Source of the DNA: Candidatus Omnitrophota bacterium
GTDB lineage: Bacteria > Omnitrophota > Omnitrophia > Omnitrophales > Aquincolibacteriaceae
DNA length: 64,000 nt
NCBI GenBank assembly: GCA_022705945.1
Contig: JAKJDL010000003.1
Coordinates: 20,257 to 84,256 of the forward strand
Direction of reading: 5' to 3'
A program made the position numbers and the translations under genes. The notes under the pieces were generated by a model that did no database searches, was not told where the DNA came from, and saw only the letters and a list, made by a program, of their open reading frames with translations. Below are positions 39,981-51,155 of this stretch, piece after piece (position 1 is the stretch's first letter; every line of letters begins with the position of its first letter).

Positions 39981-42848
39981 TCACGACGAACCCGATGGCG
40001 CGGCCTGACGGGATTGAACAGCCTCGACGCATTTGGGACAAAGAGCTTCATAACCGGCGTGTTTTCCAACCTCCGGCGAATAGTTCCAGCACCGGACGCA
40101 CTTCACACCGTCTGCTTTGCACACCGAAACTCCAAGCTTCATTTTTTTCTGGAAGACCGCGGAAAAATTTTCTGCGGTCTCCATACCCTGCCGCACCGCC
40201 CGTTCCAAAGAAGCCCGGGACACCACGAAAACGCGGGCAAGCTCTTTTTCATAGGCTTTCAGTATTTCGGCAGATTCCGGCAAGTCTACAGCAAGTGTTA
40301 CCTTCGCCTCCAGGCCCGCTCCGATTACCTTGGCCTCCCGTTGTTTCTCAAGAAACGGCGTTACCGCATCCCGAATCTCCCGGATATGTTCCCAGTCGCT
40401 GAACTCCGTAGCCTTGTGAGTTTGGACGGCGGGCCATGCGCTCGCATGAACGGTCGGGACACCGGGCTCCAGCACATAGGATTTCCAGACCTCATCCGAA
40501 GTGAACGGCATAATAGGCGCCGTCAGCTTCACAAGCCGGGCAAGCACATAATGAAGCGAAGTTTGGGCCGAACGCCGAATCCAGGATGCCGGCGCGGCCG
40601 TATAAAGAGTGTCTTTCAGTATATCCAGGTAATAGGCGCTCAGATCCACGACACAAAAATTATAAATTTCACGATAAATCTGATGGAATTCGAAATCCTC
40701 GTAAAGACCCGTGACAGTTTTCACCAGCTGGTCGGTCTTCCCGATAACCCATCGATCCAGGGGGTGTTGCTTCTCAAACGACACCGCGTCTTTGACAATA
40801 TCAAAATCATAGAGGTTCGAGAGAAGATAGCGATAGGTATTTCGAAACTTCCGGTAAGCGTCTACCAGCTGCTTCAAAATCTCGTTGGAAAGACGAACGT
40901 CGAATTGATAATCACAGGAAGCAACCCAAAGCCGGAGAACGTCCGCGCCGAATTCTTTCATGACATCCTGGGGCGTAACAACGTTGCCGGCCGATTTCGA
41001 CATCTTTTTCCCTTGGCCGTCCACCACAAAACCATGGGTCAGAACATTCTTGAACGAACTTTGTCCTTCGATGGCGACTGCCGTGGTAAGAGAGCTTTGA
41101 AACCATCCCCGATGCTGATCCGAACCTTCAAGATACAGATCGGCGGGAAACGAAAGCCCCGGCTGCAATCGGAGTACGGCCTGGTGGCTCACCCCGGAAT
41201 CAAACCAAACATCGATAATATCCGTTTCTTTCTCAAATTCCTCACTTCCGCATTTCGGACAACGGCTGCCCTGAGGGAGAAAATCCCCTGCCGGATGAAT
41301 AAACCACGCGTCCGCTCCCTCCCGACTGAAAAGCTCGAGAATTTTCTCTTTCGATTCTTTGACGAAATGGACCCCCGGGCACTTCGCGCACCGCACGACC
41401 GGGATCGGAATCCCCCAGTAACGCTGCCGCGACAAACACCACTCGGGGCGGGTCTCGACCATGGCTCCGATCCGGTTCCTTCCCCAATCAGGTATAAAGC
41501 GAATCCCTTCCTTGATGGCCCCGAGCATTTTCTGACGAAGATCCAGGTGATCGATCTTCATGAACCATTGCGTCGTCGCGCGAAAGAGGATCGGCTTTTT
41601 ACAACGCCAGCAGTGCGGATAAGAGTGCGGGTGGTCGGCTTCATGAAGCAAAAGATTTTTTTCCTTCAAAAGCTCCGTGATCTTCGAATTCGCCTTGAAA
41701 ACATGTTCGCCGCGACAGAAGGGAAACTCATCCGTAAATCTTCCCTTCGCGTCGACAGGAGAGAGAATCGCCAGTCCATTTTCAAGATGCCCGAACTTGT
41801 AGTCCTCCTCGCCGTGTCCCGGCGCGATATGAACGATGCCCGTCCCGTCCTCGCTTGAGACATAATCCGCCAGGATCGCCCGCCCTCGCCGCTCCAGAAA
41901 AGGATGTTCGTATTCAGAACCGTTTAAAAGGGCTCCCTTGACGCTAAAAACAGTTTCCGCAAGCGGCTGCTTCAGGCGAAGCGTGCGGATAAACGGTATC
42001 CTGGCGTCCGCAAGAAACCAGACCTCGTCCCCCATATCGAGGAACGAGTAGGAAAGTTCCGGGTGAAGCGCGATCCCGACGTTTGCGGGAAGCGTCCAGG
42101 GGGTGGTTGTCCAGACAAGCGCATAGATTGGACGTTCACCGGTCTTGTGAATTTCAACCGGGCTTACCTTTCCGTTCAGGGATTCTTTAACAATCTTGAA
42201 TTTAACGTAAACGGATTTTGAAGTTTTATCTTCATATTCGAGCTCCGCATCCGCGAGCGCAGTCTCGCAATCAAAACACCAGGGAACAGGCTTCAACCGC
42301 TGTTCGATATAACCCTCTTCATAGAGCTTGATGAACGATGCGGCAATCGCGGTTTGGTATTCATAGTTCATCGTCAGATAGGGCTTTTCCCATTCCCCGA
42401 AAATCCCGAGCCTCTTGAACTCTTCGCGCTGGGTCCCGATGAACTTTTCCGCATAGCTTCGCGCCTGTTTCCGGAAGGCTACGCGGTCAACGTCTTCCTT
42501 GCGCTTCCCCATCTCCTTGAGACAAGCGTGCTCGATCGGAAGGCCGTGACAGTCCCACCCGGGAACATAAAGCGCGTCATACCCCCGCATGGTCCGGAAT
42601 TTCACGATCAGGTCTTTTAAAACCTTATTCAGCGCATGACCGATATGGATGCGTCCGTTCGCGTAAGGCGGTCCGTCATGAAGGACATATTTCGGCTTCC
42701 CTTCCGATTTTTCACGGACTTTGCGATAGACGTCTTCTTTCTCCCACACGGTCAGCATTTCCGGTTCCCGCTGGACAAGATTCGCTTTCATGGGAAACGG
42801 TGTTTGAGGAAGATTCAGCGTGTTTTTGTAGTTTTTTTCCTGTGTCAT
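39981..42848 (-). CDS. ileS: Isoleucine-tRNA ligase IleS
   Basis: HIGH ([12 protein letters not shown]), KMSKS (KMSKSAGN), and a C-terminal zinc-binding CxxC...CxxC; 955 aa. Confidence 0.95.
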   Translation of the reverse strand: MTQEKNYKNTLNLPQTPFPMKANLVQREPEMLTVWEKEDVYRKVREKSEGKPKYVLHDGPPYANGRIHIGHALNKVLKDLIVKFRTMRGYDALYVPGWDCHGLPIEHACLKEMGKRKEDVDRVAFRKQARSYAEKFIGTQREEFKRLGIFGEWEKPYLTMNYEYQTAIAASFIKLYEEGYIEQRLKPVPWCFDCETALADAELEYEDKTSKSVYVKFKIVKESLNGKVSPVEIHKTGERPIYALVWTTTPWTLPANVGIALHPELSYSFLDMGDEVWFLADARIPFIRTLRLKQPLAETVFSVKGALLNGSEYEHPFLERRGRAILADYVSSEDGTGIVHIAPGHGEEDYKFGHLENGLAILSPVDAKGRFTDEFPFCRGEHVFKANSKITELLKEKNLLLHEADHPHSYPHCWRCKKPILFRATTQWFMKIDHLDLRQKMLGAIKEGIRFIPDWGRNRIGAMVETRPEWCLSRQRYWGIPIPVVRCAKCPGVHFVKESKEKILELFSREGADAWFIHPAGDFLPQGSRCPKCGSEEFEKETDIIDVWFDSGVSHQAVLRLQPGLSFPADLYLEGSDQHRGWFQSSLTTAVAIEGQSSFKNVLTHGFVVDGQGKKMSKSAGNVVTPQDVMKEFGADVLRLWVASCDYQFDVRLSNEILKQLVDAYRKFRNTYRYLLSNLYDFDIVKDAVSFEKQHPLDRWVIGKTDQLVKTVTGLYEDFEFHQIYREIYNFCVVDLSAYYLDILKDTLYTAAPASWIRRSAQTSLHYVLARLVKLTAPIMPFTSDEVWKSYVLEPGVPTVHASAWPAVQTHKATEFSDWEHIREIRDAVTPFLEKQREAKVIGAGLEAKVTLAVDLPESAEILKAYEKELARVFVVSRASLERAVRQGMETAENFSAVFQKKMKLGVSVCKADGVKCVRCWNYSPEVGKHAGYEALCPKCVEAVQSRQAAPSGSS

Positions 42849-42923
42849 GGTTTTAAAGTCGGGGCTCTTAAAAACAAAGGATGAAAAGCGAGTTCCCGGT
42901 CCCCGGTTACGAGTCCCTTTGGT

Positions 42924-43772
42924 TTAGAATCTTTTTATCGCCGCCGTAATCAGCTTATCCAGTTTCGGACCCGCTTCATTCGCCGTTTTGATGATCTCCT
43001 GAATATCACAAGGTTCCAAATGATCGGGATCGCAGATATCCGTCACCACGCTCACCCCGAGCACTTCCATCCCCATGTGGACGGCCACGATCACCTCCGG
43101 CACCGTCGACATACCGACAAGATCGGCACCGAAATTCCGCATCATGCGATATTCCGCGCGCGTCTCAAGGCAGGGACCCGTCACTCCGATATAAACCCCC
43201 TTCCGCACAGGCACTTTCACTTCAGCGGAAGCTTTGGAAGCGATATCGATAAGTCTGCGGGAGTAAGGTTCGCACATATCCGGGAAACGGGGCCCGAGCT
43301 TCTCTTCATTCGGACCGACAAGAGGATTCACCCCCATAAAGTTGATATGGTCATCAATCAAAACGATCTCACCTTTACGATAACCGAGATTGAGACCTCC
43401 CGCGGCATTTGAGACCACAAGAATTTTTGATCCGAGTTCCCGGAGCACCCGCACCGCGAATGTCACTTCCTCGAGAGAATACCCTTCGTAAAAATGAAAC
43501 CGGCCTTCCATGGCCGCGACCTTCTTTCCGGCAAGTTCTCCAAAAACCAGCTGACCTTTGTGCGACCGGACGGTCGAATGGGGAAAATGCGGAAGTTTTT
43601 CATAGGAGAAAACATGAGCGGGTTTAATCCGGGCCGCCAGATTCCCGAGACCGGTTCCGAGAATCAGGGCTATTTCCGGATTAAAATCCGCCTTCTTCCG
43701 AATAAATCTCACGCATTCTTTGATATTTTCCATAAGCCCGGTCTTGGTGCGGCAAAAACGCTTCATCGCCAT
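42924..43772 (-). CDS. Purine nucleoside phosphorylase family protein (PNP/MTAP-type trimeric phosphorylase)
   Basis: ILGTGLG...VSNAAGGLN...GVYIGVTGPCLETRAEYRMMRNFGADLVGMSTVPEV signature of the PNP-I/MTAP family. Confidence 0.8.
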   Translation of the reverse strand: MAMKRFCRTKTGLMENIKECVRFIRKKADFNPEIALILGTGLGNLAARIKPAHVFSYEKLPHFPHSTVRSHKGQLVFGELAGKKVAAMEGRFHFYEGYSLEEVTFAVRVLRELGSKILVVSNAAGGLNLGYRKGEIVLIDDHINFMGVNPLVGPNEEKLGPRFPDMCEPYSRRLIDIASKASAEVKVPVRKGVYIGVTGPCLETRAEYRMMRNFGADLVGMSTVPEVIVAVHMGMEVLGVSVVTDICDPDHLEPCDIQEIIKTANEAGPKLDKLITAAIKRF

Positions 43773-44078
43773 TTAAAACCCTCCCTGAAATTTATAAGCC
43801 ACCGTCAAAAGCAATGTGACGAGAACGCGGTTCAGAAGATATAAAAGAATAAAAGCCAGCATCGGCGTGAAATCCATCATGCCCATCCGGAGAGGGATTC
43901 TCCTCAGGGGCGCAAGGATCGGATCGGTAACCTGGCAAAGAAACTGGACAATGCTCGAATAAGGATCCACGGGCAGCCATGAAATAATGATCCTCGCGAA
44001 AAGCATCCAGTAGAGGATCGTCGTGATCCCGTTCACAAGCATGGCCAGTGCTCTGAAAATCTCTCCGATAATAAACAT
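43773..44078 (-). CDS. yggT: YggT-family membrane protein
   Basis: 101 aa, 2 TM; ARIIISWLPVDPYSSIVQFLCQVTDPILAPLRR typical of YggT/Ycf19. Confidence 0.8.
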   Translation of the reverse strand: MFIIGEIFRALAMLVNGITTILYWMLFARIIISWLPVDPYSSIVQFLCQVTDPILAPLRRIPLRMGMMDFTPMLAFILLYLLNRVLVTLLLTVAYKFQGGF

Positions 44079-44083
44079 GCCCC

Positions 44084-44887
44084 TTATCCTTTCCTGAGCT
44101 GACGGCTGCGCCGCGCCGCGGCGTCAAGGCCCGCGTGGAAAATTTTCCCGAATTGTTTTCGCATGAGTGTTTTTATAGCGGCTTCGGTCGTCCCCTTTTT
44201 TGACGTCACCTTTTGCCTCAACACAGCGCAGGAATCTTTCGAGTTTCTCGCCAACAACGCCGAGCCGAACGCGGTCTGAACCGCAAGCCGGGAAGCCGCC
44301 GCTTTCGGGAATCCGTTCTTGATACCAAAATCGGTCAAAAGCTCCATGAGATAGAAAAAATAGGCCGGTCCGCTTCCGCTTATGGCCGTAACCTGATCAA
44401 AGGTGTTTTCAGGAAGACGGACAACCTCGCCGCATCCTCTAAAAATCGCCTCGGCCGCGAGAATAAGCTTCTTGTCATGTCCCGTAATCACAGTCATGGA
44501 CTCTCCCATTTTCGCCCCGAGATTCGGCATCGCCCGGACCACCGGGACGGGCCCCAGTTTTTTTCGGATGCTCTTGATCGTCAGGCCCGCAAGGATCGAA
44601 ATAACGGATTTCCCCTTTTTGAGAGAGTCACGGCATTCTTCCGCAAACCCGGGAAAGTCCTGGGGCTTCATTGCAAGGAAAACTATGTCCGAATTCTCAC
44701 AAAGATCTTCCGCGCTTCGAGCCATCCGAACCTTGAACAATTTTGAAACTTCTTTCGCCCGGCCCGGAAGCTTATCATAACCCATTATCATGGAATGAGT
44801 TGCAACTCTCTTTTGCAAAACCCCTTCCAGGATCGCGGACCCCATATTGCCGATACCGGCAAACCCTATCTTTTGTTTCAGCATCAT
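44084..44887 (-). CDS. proC: Pyrroline-5-carboxylate reductase ProC
   Basis: IGFAGIGNMGSAIL Rossmann motif and a ProC C-terminal dimerisation region. Confidence 0.9.
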   Translation of the reverse strand: MMLKQKIGFAGIGNMGSAILEGVLQKRVATHSMIMGYDKLPGRAKEVSKLFKVRMARSAEDLCENSDIVFLAMKPQDFPGFAEECRDSLKKGKSVISILAGLTIKSIRKKLGPVPVVRAMPNLGAKMGESMTVITGHDKKLILAAEAIFRGCGEVVRLPENTFDQVTAISGSGPAYFFYLMELLTDFGIKNGFPKAAASRLAVQTAFGSALLARNSKDSCAVLRQKVTSKKGTTEAAIKTLMRKQFGKIFHAGLDAAARRSRQLRKG

Positions 44888-44891
44888 TCGA

Positions 44892-45581
44892 TCACTTTGC
44901 CTCTCGCGGAAAGATTAAAGAACCAATTCTAAGCATATTTGAGCCTTCTTCAATGGCAATCTTGTAATCGGAAGACATCCCCATCGAAAGAATATCCCAG
45001 GAGTAGGTGATATACTTCAAACGAAGCGCCTCGAAAAGTTCCCGGGTTTTACTGAACACATCCCGAATCCTCGTCTCATCTTCCGTAAGCGGCCCGATTG
45101 TCATAAGGCCTTTAACTTTCACGGAAGGATAGTTGCCGAGACCGGCCAGAAATTTTTCGATCTGCCCGGGATCCACGCCCGATTTAGTATCCTCTCGCGA
45201 CATATTGACCTGGATCAAGCAAGGAACCCCGGCAATCCCCTTTTTACGCGCTTGTCTTTCAATTTCGTCGGCCAGTTCCAAACGATCAAGGGAATGAATA
45301 AGATGAACGTTTCCGATCACATATTTCACTTTATTGGTCTGCAGGCTTCCGATCAAATGCCACCGGATGTCCGCGGGCAGAATTTCTTTTTTCTCCCGCC
45401 ATTCCTGAACCCGGTTCTCTCCGAAATCCCGCGCCCCCGCCTGATAAGCCTCCAGAATACGTCCGGTGTCGATCGTTTTTGTTACAACCACGAGCCTGAT
45501 GTCACCGGAGCACCGGTTTTTTCCGACCGCACTTCGATGGATCATTCGACCCAGTTCCCGGAGACGGCTGTTCATGCTCAT
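44892..45581 (-). CDS. yggS: YggS-family pyridoxal-phosphate homeostasis protein (PLPBP)
   Basis: IRLVVVTKTIDTGRILEAYQAGARDFGENRVQEW...WHLIGSLQTNKVKYV. Confidence 0.9.
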   Translation of the reverse strand: MSMNSRLRELGRMIHRSAVGKNRCSGDIRLVVVTKTIDTGRILEAYQAGARDFGENRVQEWREKKEILPADIRWHLIGSLQTNKVKYVIGNVHLIHSLDRLELADEIERQARKKGIAGVPCLIQVNMSREDTKSGVDPGQIEKFLAGLGNYPSVKVKGLMTIGPLTEDETRIRDVFSKTRELFEALRLKYITYSWDILSMGMSSDYKIAIEEGSNMLRIGSLIFPREAK

Positions 45582-45582
45582 A

Positions 45583-46605
45583 TCATGATTCTTTCAGCGC
45601 AGTATCCGGATCGGGATCGCCCGCCGGAAGAATCTTTTGATTCGGATCGAGCGTCTCACCCTCGTTCTCAAGAGCGCGCAAAAGATCCAGCAATTGAATA
45701 ACCTTGGTCCGTTCAACAAGAAAAACCGCGTCCCCCCCCTGCCGCTTGCCGTAATAAGCATTTTTAGCAGGTATCTCATTCCCGAAATTGAAGATTTCTT
45801 CCCCGAAATCGCCCGTCACCCGGATCAGGTCATGAATGATATAAAAACCCAATTCGGCATCAGACCTATCCTCCTGATCGATAAATTCCCTGACATGGAA
45901 TCCGGCCAGCGCCATAAAAACAAGATCCATCCTGTCCTTGGTCATCTCCTTGGCAAACCTCCTGAGAGGTTCGATCCAATACCATTTCCCGCCGTCGTTT
46001 TTCCATTCATAAGTATTCGGCCCCAACTCGATAAAAACCTTGGCGGCTTCGACCGGTTTGAATGTGAAGATGCGTTTATCCCTCAGTCGGTAGAGGCTTG
46101 CCTGGAAAGAAGCCTTTAGTTCCGGAGCGGCAAGAATATAACCTCGTTCACCCAGCCAGCGCGCGTAGACTGCCCGTCCCACGGGCGATTCGCCTCCGAA
46201 AACAAGCGCCCACTCTTTCTTCCGATCGGTCATGATCCTGACCTCAAGGTCAGCTTTTTCGAGGCCGTATTCATCCCAATCTTTTTCGGCACGGAGTCGT
46301 GTCTGTTTTGATGCAAATCGGGCTGCCATCGCAAGTCCTTCCGCCATGCCGGAATCCGCAGGATAATCAACGGGAGAAGATATCCTCCAGCCGTCCCCGG
46401 AACGTTCCAGGAGAATTTCCGATTCCCTGGTTTTGTCCTTGATCGCAATCCCGGTAATTCTTTCTTCCGGATCCAAAACAACATCGCGGCTCACCTCGTC
46501 CGGAGAGATGGAGAGGATCTCCTTGTCCAAACGCGTTTGATAAAGATAGATCGCGACAACCGCGATGAATAGCAGGAAAATAACTATCGTCCGGCCGGGC
46601 TTCAT
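45583..46605 (-). CDS. DUF4340-domain protein (auxiliary component of GldG-type ABC systems)
   Basis: N-terminal signal anchor, then WRISSPVDYPADS...EYGL repeats typical of DUF4340; fourth gene of the GldA/F/G-like module. Confidence 0.6.
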   Translation of the reverse strand: MKPGRTIVIFLLFIAVVAIYLYQTRLDKEILSISPDEVSRDVVLDPEERITGIAIKDKTRESEILLERSGDGWRISSPVDYPADSGMAEGLAMAARFASKQTRLRAEKDWDEYGLEKADLEVRIMTDRKKEWALVFGGESPVGRAVYARWLGERGYILAAPELKASFQASLYRLRDKRIFTFKPVEAAKVFIELGPNTYEWKNDGGKWYWIEPLRRFAKEMTKDRMDLVFMALAGFHVREFIDQEDRSDAELGFYIIHDLIRVTGDFGEEIFNFGNEIPAKNAYYGKRQGGDAVFLVERTKVIQLLDLLRALENEGETLDPNQKILPAGDPDPDTALKES

Positions 46606-48020
46606 GACGTGCGGGACCGAATTACGTGATAAAGACCGCCGACCACGAAAAATACCAGCGGATAGATCACAAGAACCGAAAAAACAAGCATCGTCCTCTT
46701 GGGAACATCGAGGAGTAGCGGCTTGAACTTGAACTGCGGTTTCTGGACCTCAACAAAACGGTCATCCTTGGCGAGCCACTGGAAAAGCCTTATCCCGAAC
46801 TCCTTGTTGCCCGAAAGGTTAAGATAACTGTTATTAAGAAAATCGCTGTCGCCCACGATGATCATCCGGCCCTGTTTTTGAGCATCGGATGATGGAGGGT
46901 GGATGGTGTCGGGTTTTGCGTCATCCGTCCCTCGCGGCCCGCCATCCGGCATTCTTTCAACAGCGACTGCGGCAGGAACGGGGCCGGCAATATCGGTTTT
47001 AATATCAAAGGTCGCGTTTCCCTCTTCAAGAGCGACAAGATCGGTTTCCGCCCAGCTCCCCGCCCCCGTCATCGCGAGAGGCGTCACTTCAAGACCGGGC
47101 ACCGGATCGGAAGAAGGCTGGATGCTTCTCAGAAGCGGGAAAAAAGTAGCCTGTTTCATCCCTTTCGAGACCGAATGCCGTGAAAAATACTGGCTCACGA
47201 GCGGCATCAGGAAATCACCCCCGACGATCCGGCTTGCCTTGTCCACAACCACATTGTCGCCGATCGTAACTCCGAACTTGGTCGCAAATTCCCGGAAAGA
47301 TTTTCCCGTCCCCGGATCCATGGGATCCAGAAGAAAAAGAATCCCCTTCCCGCGATCAAAAGCGCCCTCAAGGTCGCTGAACTCCTCCTGCGTGAGCTCC
47401 CACCGCGGCCCCGCAAGAGCTACGACCTGACAGACATCGGGGACGTGATCGCGCGAGAGAACGATCTCATGGGTTCTTGCGTTATACCCCTCAAGAGCGA
47501 GTTTGAACATTTCATAGTTCGTCGGCTCTGTCCCGTAAAGCTCAACCTCCCCGTGCCCTTTCACAAAACAGATATCGATACTTTGAGGATGCAGAATGCG
47601 CAAAATTGCGTTCGTGAAGCTTTCTTCCGTGGGTCTGATAATCCGCTGTTCGAGATCGCCCGACTGAATCAGCAGGGTCGAAGGCTCGGATATCTGGAAT
47701 TTCTTGGCAAGAGCGGGGCGCCGGCTCGGGTCGTAAAAGTGATAGCGGAAATCCGGATGATGCCGCCGACACTCTTTAAGGAATATCTCAAGGGCCCGTC
47801 TTGAATCATCTTCCTGCAGGTAAAAAGCGAGAACGTTCAAAGGCCGGGGCCGAAGCTCCCGCAGGATATTGGCCGTGGCCTTCGGCAACGAATAGACTTT
47901 TTCCTGGGTAAGATCCCATCGGTAGTCGCAGCGGTCGAGCAGGATCCCGACGATCACGAGCGTAAAAAAAAGAAGAACCGCTTCGAACACCAGCTGGAAT
48001 TTAAGAAGGGACTGTTTCAT
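46602..48020 (-). CDS. gldG: GldG-family ABC-transporter auxiliary protein (ABC_transp_aux)
   Basis: N-terminal TM, then RWDLTQEKVYSLPKATANILRELRPRPLNVLAFY and a C-terminal TM; matches the GldG architecture. Confidence 0.75.
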   Translation of the reverse strand: MKQSLLKFQLVFEAVLLFFTLVIVGILLDRCDYRWDLTQEKVYSLPKATANILRELRPRPLNVLAFYLQEDDSRRALEIFLKECRRHHPDFRYHFYDPSRRPALAKKFQISEPSTLLIQSGDLEQRIIRPTEESFTNAILRILHPQSIDICFVKGHGEVELYGTEPTNYEMFKLALEGYNARTHEIVLSRDHVPDVCQVVALAGPRWELTQEEFSDLEGAFDRGKGILFLLDPMDPGTGKSFREFATKFGVTIGDNVVVDKASRIVGGDFLMPLVSQYFSRHSVSKGMKQATFFPLLRSIQPSSDPVPGLEVTPLAMTGAGSWAETDLVALEEGNATFDIKTDIAGPVPAAVAVERMPDGGPRGTDDAKPDTIHPPSSDAQKQGRMIIVGDSDFLNNSYLNLSGNKEFGIRLFQWLAKDDRFVEVQKPQFKFKPLLLDVPKRTMLVFSVLVIYPLVFFVVGGLYHVIRSRTS

Positions 48021-48796
48021 ACATTCTTCCAGTTGCGGGTCTCAATGGACCTGAGAGAAAGAAAAAGAAAATAGAAAAAAAAGAATCCGAAATAAACGAG
48101 ATCCCGAAGATCCAGGATCCCGTAAGTGAGATTTCGGAAATGCTTGAGCGGAGACATCGCGCTGATTAAAAGCGGCCACCCGCCCCCTCCCGCCATCGGC
48201 GCAAGATCCATCATCCAGAAAATCACAAGAAGACCGAATGTCCCCATGGCGCTCATCACGGAACTTTTGGTCAGAGTGGAGATAAAGACACCCGCCGCGA
48301 GATAGGCCACGCCCAAAACCCAAAAACCGAGAAAGCCGGAAAGCACAGGCCCCCAGTCCACTTCCCCCCCGAGCAGATGAAAAACCAAGAAATACCCGGC
48401 CAGGGGAACAAGCAATATTTCAAAAAACCAGATCAGTCCGAGCAATTTCCCGGCGACGATTTCAAGATCGGACAAGGGGTAGGTGAAAAGAAGCTCAAGC
48501 GTTTCATGCTTTTTTTCCTCGGCAAAAGAGCGCATGGTCAGGAGGGGCACCAGAAAGAGAAGGATCACGTTCACGTTCAGAAAAAAAGATCCGAAGATGT
48601 AATGCGTCTGGCTGAGATCCGGAAAACTTGAAAAACCCGCTCCCCGCGGATCCATGGAAATCTTGGCATAGCTCAAAACCAGCATGACAAAAAAGATGCC
48701 GGTGATCAGAAAGAACATGACGCCCGTTAAAACACCCGTCCAGGAACGAAAAAAAGATGCGAATTCTTTCCTGGCAATCGCAAAGACTTTTTTCAT
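48017..48796 (-). CDS. ABC-2 family transporter permease (GldF-like)
   Basis: Six TM helices; start ATG 48796 overlaps the ATPase stop by ATGA (track ORF extends to 48820). Confidence 0.75.
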   Translation of the reverse strand: MKKVFAIARKEFASFFRSWTGVLTGVMFFLITGIFFVMLVLSYAKISMDPRGAGFSSFPDLSQTHYIFGSFFLNVNVILLFLVPLLTMRSFAEEKKHETLELLFTYPLSDLEIVAGKLLGLIWFFEILLVPLAGYFLVFHLLGGEVDWGPVLSGFLGFWVLGVAYLAAGVFISTLTKSSVMSAMGTFGLLVIFWMMDLAPMAGGGGWPLLISAMSPLKHFRNLTYGILDLRDLVYFGFFFFYFLFLSLRSIETRNWKNV

Positions 48797-49791
48797 CCGG
48801 ATTTCCCTCCCTGGAACCACCCGTCCTTGAGAAGCTTCAGAAATATCTCTTCGAGTGTCAGCTGGTCCCGGCTGACCTCAAGGAGCGGTATCGCGTTCCT
48901 GACGAACATCTCCGAAACTTCGGGTCTCAGGTCGCGCGACTGCGACGTTTCAAGGCAAAACTTGATCTCCTTCTCATGCCGCTCAACAACCCTCACGTTT
49001 TCAACTCCGCGGATCCCGGACAAAAGCCGTTCGGCGGGTTCCTCACAATCCGCTCCGCCGACGGTCACAAAAATCGCTTCGCGGTCCCTAAGACACGCCT
49101 CAAGTTCTCGCACGGTTCCGCTCGCAAGAACCTTTCCGTGATGAATCATAATCACCCGGTTGCAGACCATGGAAACTTCGGGAAGAATATGGGTGGAAAG
49201 AATCACCGCGCGCGTTTTTCCCAAATGACGTATTAATTCCCGGATTTCCGAAATCTGTTTGGGATCGAGCCCGGTTGTCGGCTCATCGAGAATCAACACG
49301 GAAGGATCCCCGACAAGCGCCTGGGCCAATCCGACTCGTTGCCGGTATCCTTTGGACAAGCGCCCGATCAACCGTTTCGAAACATCCCCGAGACCGCAAA
49401 GTTCGACTTTTTCCTCGATATGAGCCCCGCGGTCCCTCCGGGGAACCCCTTTGAGCTCCGATACAAACGCCAAATATTCCCGGACCCGCATATCCGGATA
49501 AAGATTAACAACCTCGGGAAGATAACCTATGTTGCGCTTGGTCTTCTGCGGCTCCTTGAAGAGATCCATTCCGTCAATTTTCACATGCCCCGCAGTCGGC
49601 GCAAAATAGCCGGCCAGAATGCGCATAGCCGTTGTTTTCCCCGCTCCGTTCGGCCCAAGAAAACCGACGACCTCCCCGCGCGCGATCTCAAAGGAAAGGT
49701 TCTCGACAGCGGGATGCCGACCGTAGGTCTTGGTGACACTCTCAAAGCGGACAAGACCTTCGGTGGATCTCGGTTTCCGTACGTTTAGCAT
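48793..49791 (-). CDS. ABC transporter ATP-binding protein (GldA-like)
   Basis: Walker A GPNGAGKTT, signature LSKGYRQRVGLAQAL, Walker B ILDEPTTGLD. Confidence 0.9.
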   Translation of the reverse strand: MLNVRKPRSTEGLVRFESVTKTYGRHPAVENLSFEIARGEVVGFLGPNGAGKTTAMRILAGYFAPTAGHVKIDGMDLFKEPQKTKRNIGYLPEVVNLYPDMRVREYLAFVSELKGVPRRDRGAHIEEKVELCGLGDVSKRLIGRLSKGYRQRVGLAQALVGDPSVLILDEPTTGLDPKQISEIRELIRHLGKTRAVILSTHILPEVSMVCNRVIMIHHGKVLASGTVRELEACLRDREAIFVTVGGADCEEPAERLLSGIRGVENVRVVERHEKEIKFCLETSQSRDLRPEVSEMFVRNAIPLLEVSRDQLTLEEIFLKLLKDGWFQGGKSG

Positions 49792-49794
49792 GGA

Positions 49795-51006
49795 TCAGGC
49801 GGGTTCAATGCGCGCAAACTTCCGTTTACCGCACTGAAGAATGAAAGGTTTTTCGATTGTCAGGATATGCCGGGGATCCGCTATCTTTTCCTGATCGATA
49901 CGGACCCCCCCCTGATCGATCATGCGTCGCCCTTCACCTTTGCTTGAAACAAGTCCGGCGTTCAAAAGAAGCGACACGATATTGATTTTCTTCTCTGAAA
50001 TTTTTACGGAGGGAACCTCGTCAGGGAGCCCTTTCTTTTTGAAAATCTCGTCAAATTCCCGGGAAGCGTCCCGCGCGGCATCGGCCCCGTGGAAGAGCCC
50101 GACGATCCTTTCGGCCAGCTTCGCTTTCATCTGGCGCGGATGCAGGCTCCCATCTTTAAGCCCCCTGATAATTCCCTCCGTCTCTTCGGCAGGAAGCGCG
50201 CTCACGAACCTGTAAAACCGCTCCATCAGGGGATCGGGGATCGACATGACCCTGCCGAACATTTCTCTTGGCGTGTCTTTAAGCGCAATATGATTGTTCA
50301 GGCTTTTCGACATCTTCTGCACGCCGTCCGTTCCCTCGATGATCGGAAGCGTCATCACCACTTGCGGTTCCTGGCCGTCGGTCTTTTGAAGCTCGCGGCC
50401 AACCAGAAGATTGAATTTCTGATCCGTCCCTCCAAGCTCGATATCCGAGCGCACGATCACGGAGTCGTGCCCCTGCATCAGCGGGTAAAGGAATTCGACA
50501 AGAGCGATCGGATCTCCCGCCTTGAAACGTTTTGAAAAATCGTCGCGTTCGATTAGACGCGCTACTGTGTACTGGCCGGTCAGACGCAGGAAATCTTCGG
50601 AAGTCATTTTAGACAGCCACTCGGAATTATAACGAACCTCGGTTCTGTCCCGATCGAGAATTTGAAAGACCTGCTCCTGATAAGTTTTCGCGTTTTCTGT
50701 AACCTCGGCGGCTGTCAGTATCTTCCGCGTCTCGGAGCGGCCGGAGGGATCGCCTATCCTTGCCGTAAAATCACCGATAATGAACACCACAAGATGCCCG
50801 AGATCCTGAATTTGACGGAGTTTTCGCAACGGGACGGTATGCCCGAGATGAAGGTCAGGAGCCGACGGGTCAGCCCCGTATTTAACGCGCAGGGGACGGT
50901 TTTTTTTAAAAGAATCCGCAAGCTTGGCCTCGAGCTCCTTTTCGGAGATAAGCTCAACGAGATTCTCCTTGAAAATCCCGAGTTGTTCCGGAACAGGCTT
51001 GAACAC
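49795..51006 (-). CDS. tyrS: Tyrosine-tRNA ligase TyrS
   Basis: HLGH (PDLHLGHTVPL), KMSKS (KMSKSLNNHIAL), C-terminal S4-like domain. Confidence 0.9.
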   Translation of the reverse strand: MFKPVPEQLGIFKENLVELISEKELEAKLADSFKKNRPLRVKYGADPSAPDLHLGHTVPLRKLRQIQDLGHLVVFIIGDFTARIGDPSGRSETRKILTAAEVTENAKTYQEQVFQILDRDRTEVRYNSEWLSKMTSEDFLRLTGQYTVARLIERDDFSKRFKAGDPIALVEFLYPLMQGHDSVIVRSDIELGGTDQKFNLLVGRELQKTDGQEPQVVMTLPIIEGTDGVQKMSKSLNNHIALKDTPREMFGRVMSIPDPLMERFYRFVSALPAEETEGIIRGLKDGSLHPRQMKAKLAERIVGLFHGADAARDASREFDEIFKKKGLPDEVPSVKISEKKINIVSLLLNAGLVSSKGEGRRMIDQGGVRIDQEKIADPRHILTIEKPFILQCGKRKFARIEPA

Positions 51007-51088
51007 TTCTATCTACCTCTTTGGTAACAAGTTACAAATGGGAATCGTATTTTAACAATGAGGGAGGAGAATGGAAAGGATTTAGTGC

Positions 51089-51135
51089 AAAACGAAAGGG
51101 ACCGGGCTTTACCTTTATCGATAAAACCCGGTCCC
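51089..51135 (-). terminator. Putative rho-independent terminator downstream of the giant gene
   Basis: GGGACCGGGCTTTA ... TAAAACCCGGTCCC 14-bp stem (1 mismatch). On the minus strand it is followed by UUUCGUUUUG, about 20 nt after the stop at 51156. Confidence 0.5.
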
Positions 51136-51155
51136 CGCGGGACACAAACGCGTCT

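Noticed and set aside
42849-42923. T-box leader upstream of ileS (and tyrS at 51007..51155)
   Set aside because: The intergenic spaces are only about 75 and about 150 nt, too short for a T-box (typically over 200 nt), and no T-box consensus AATTAGGGTGGTACCGCG-like sequence is visible.
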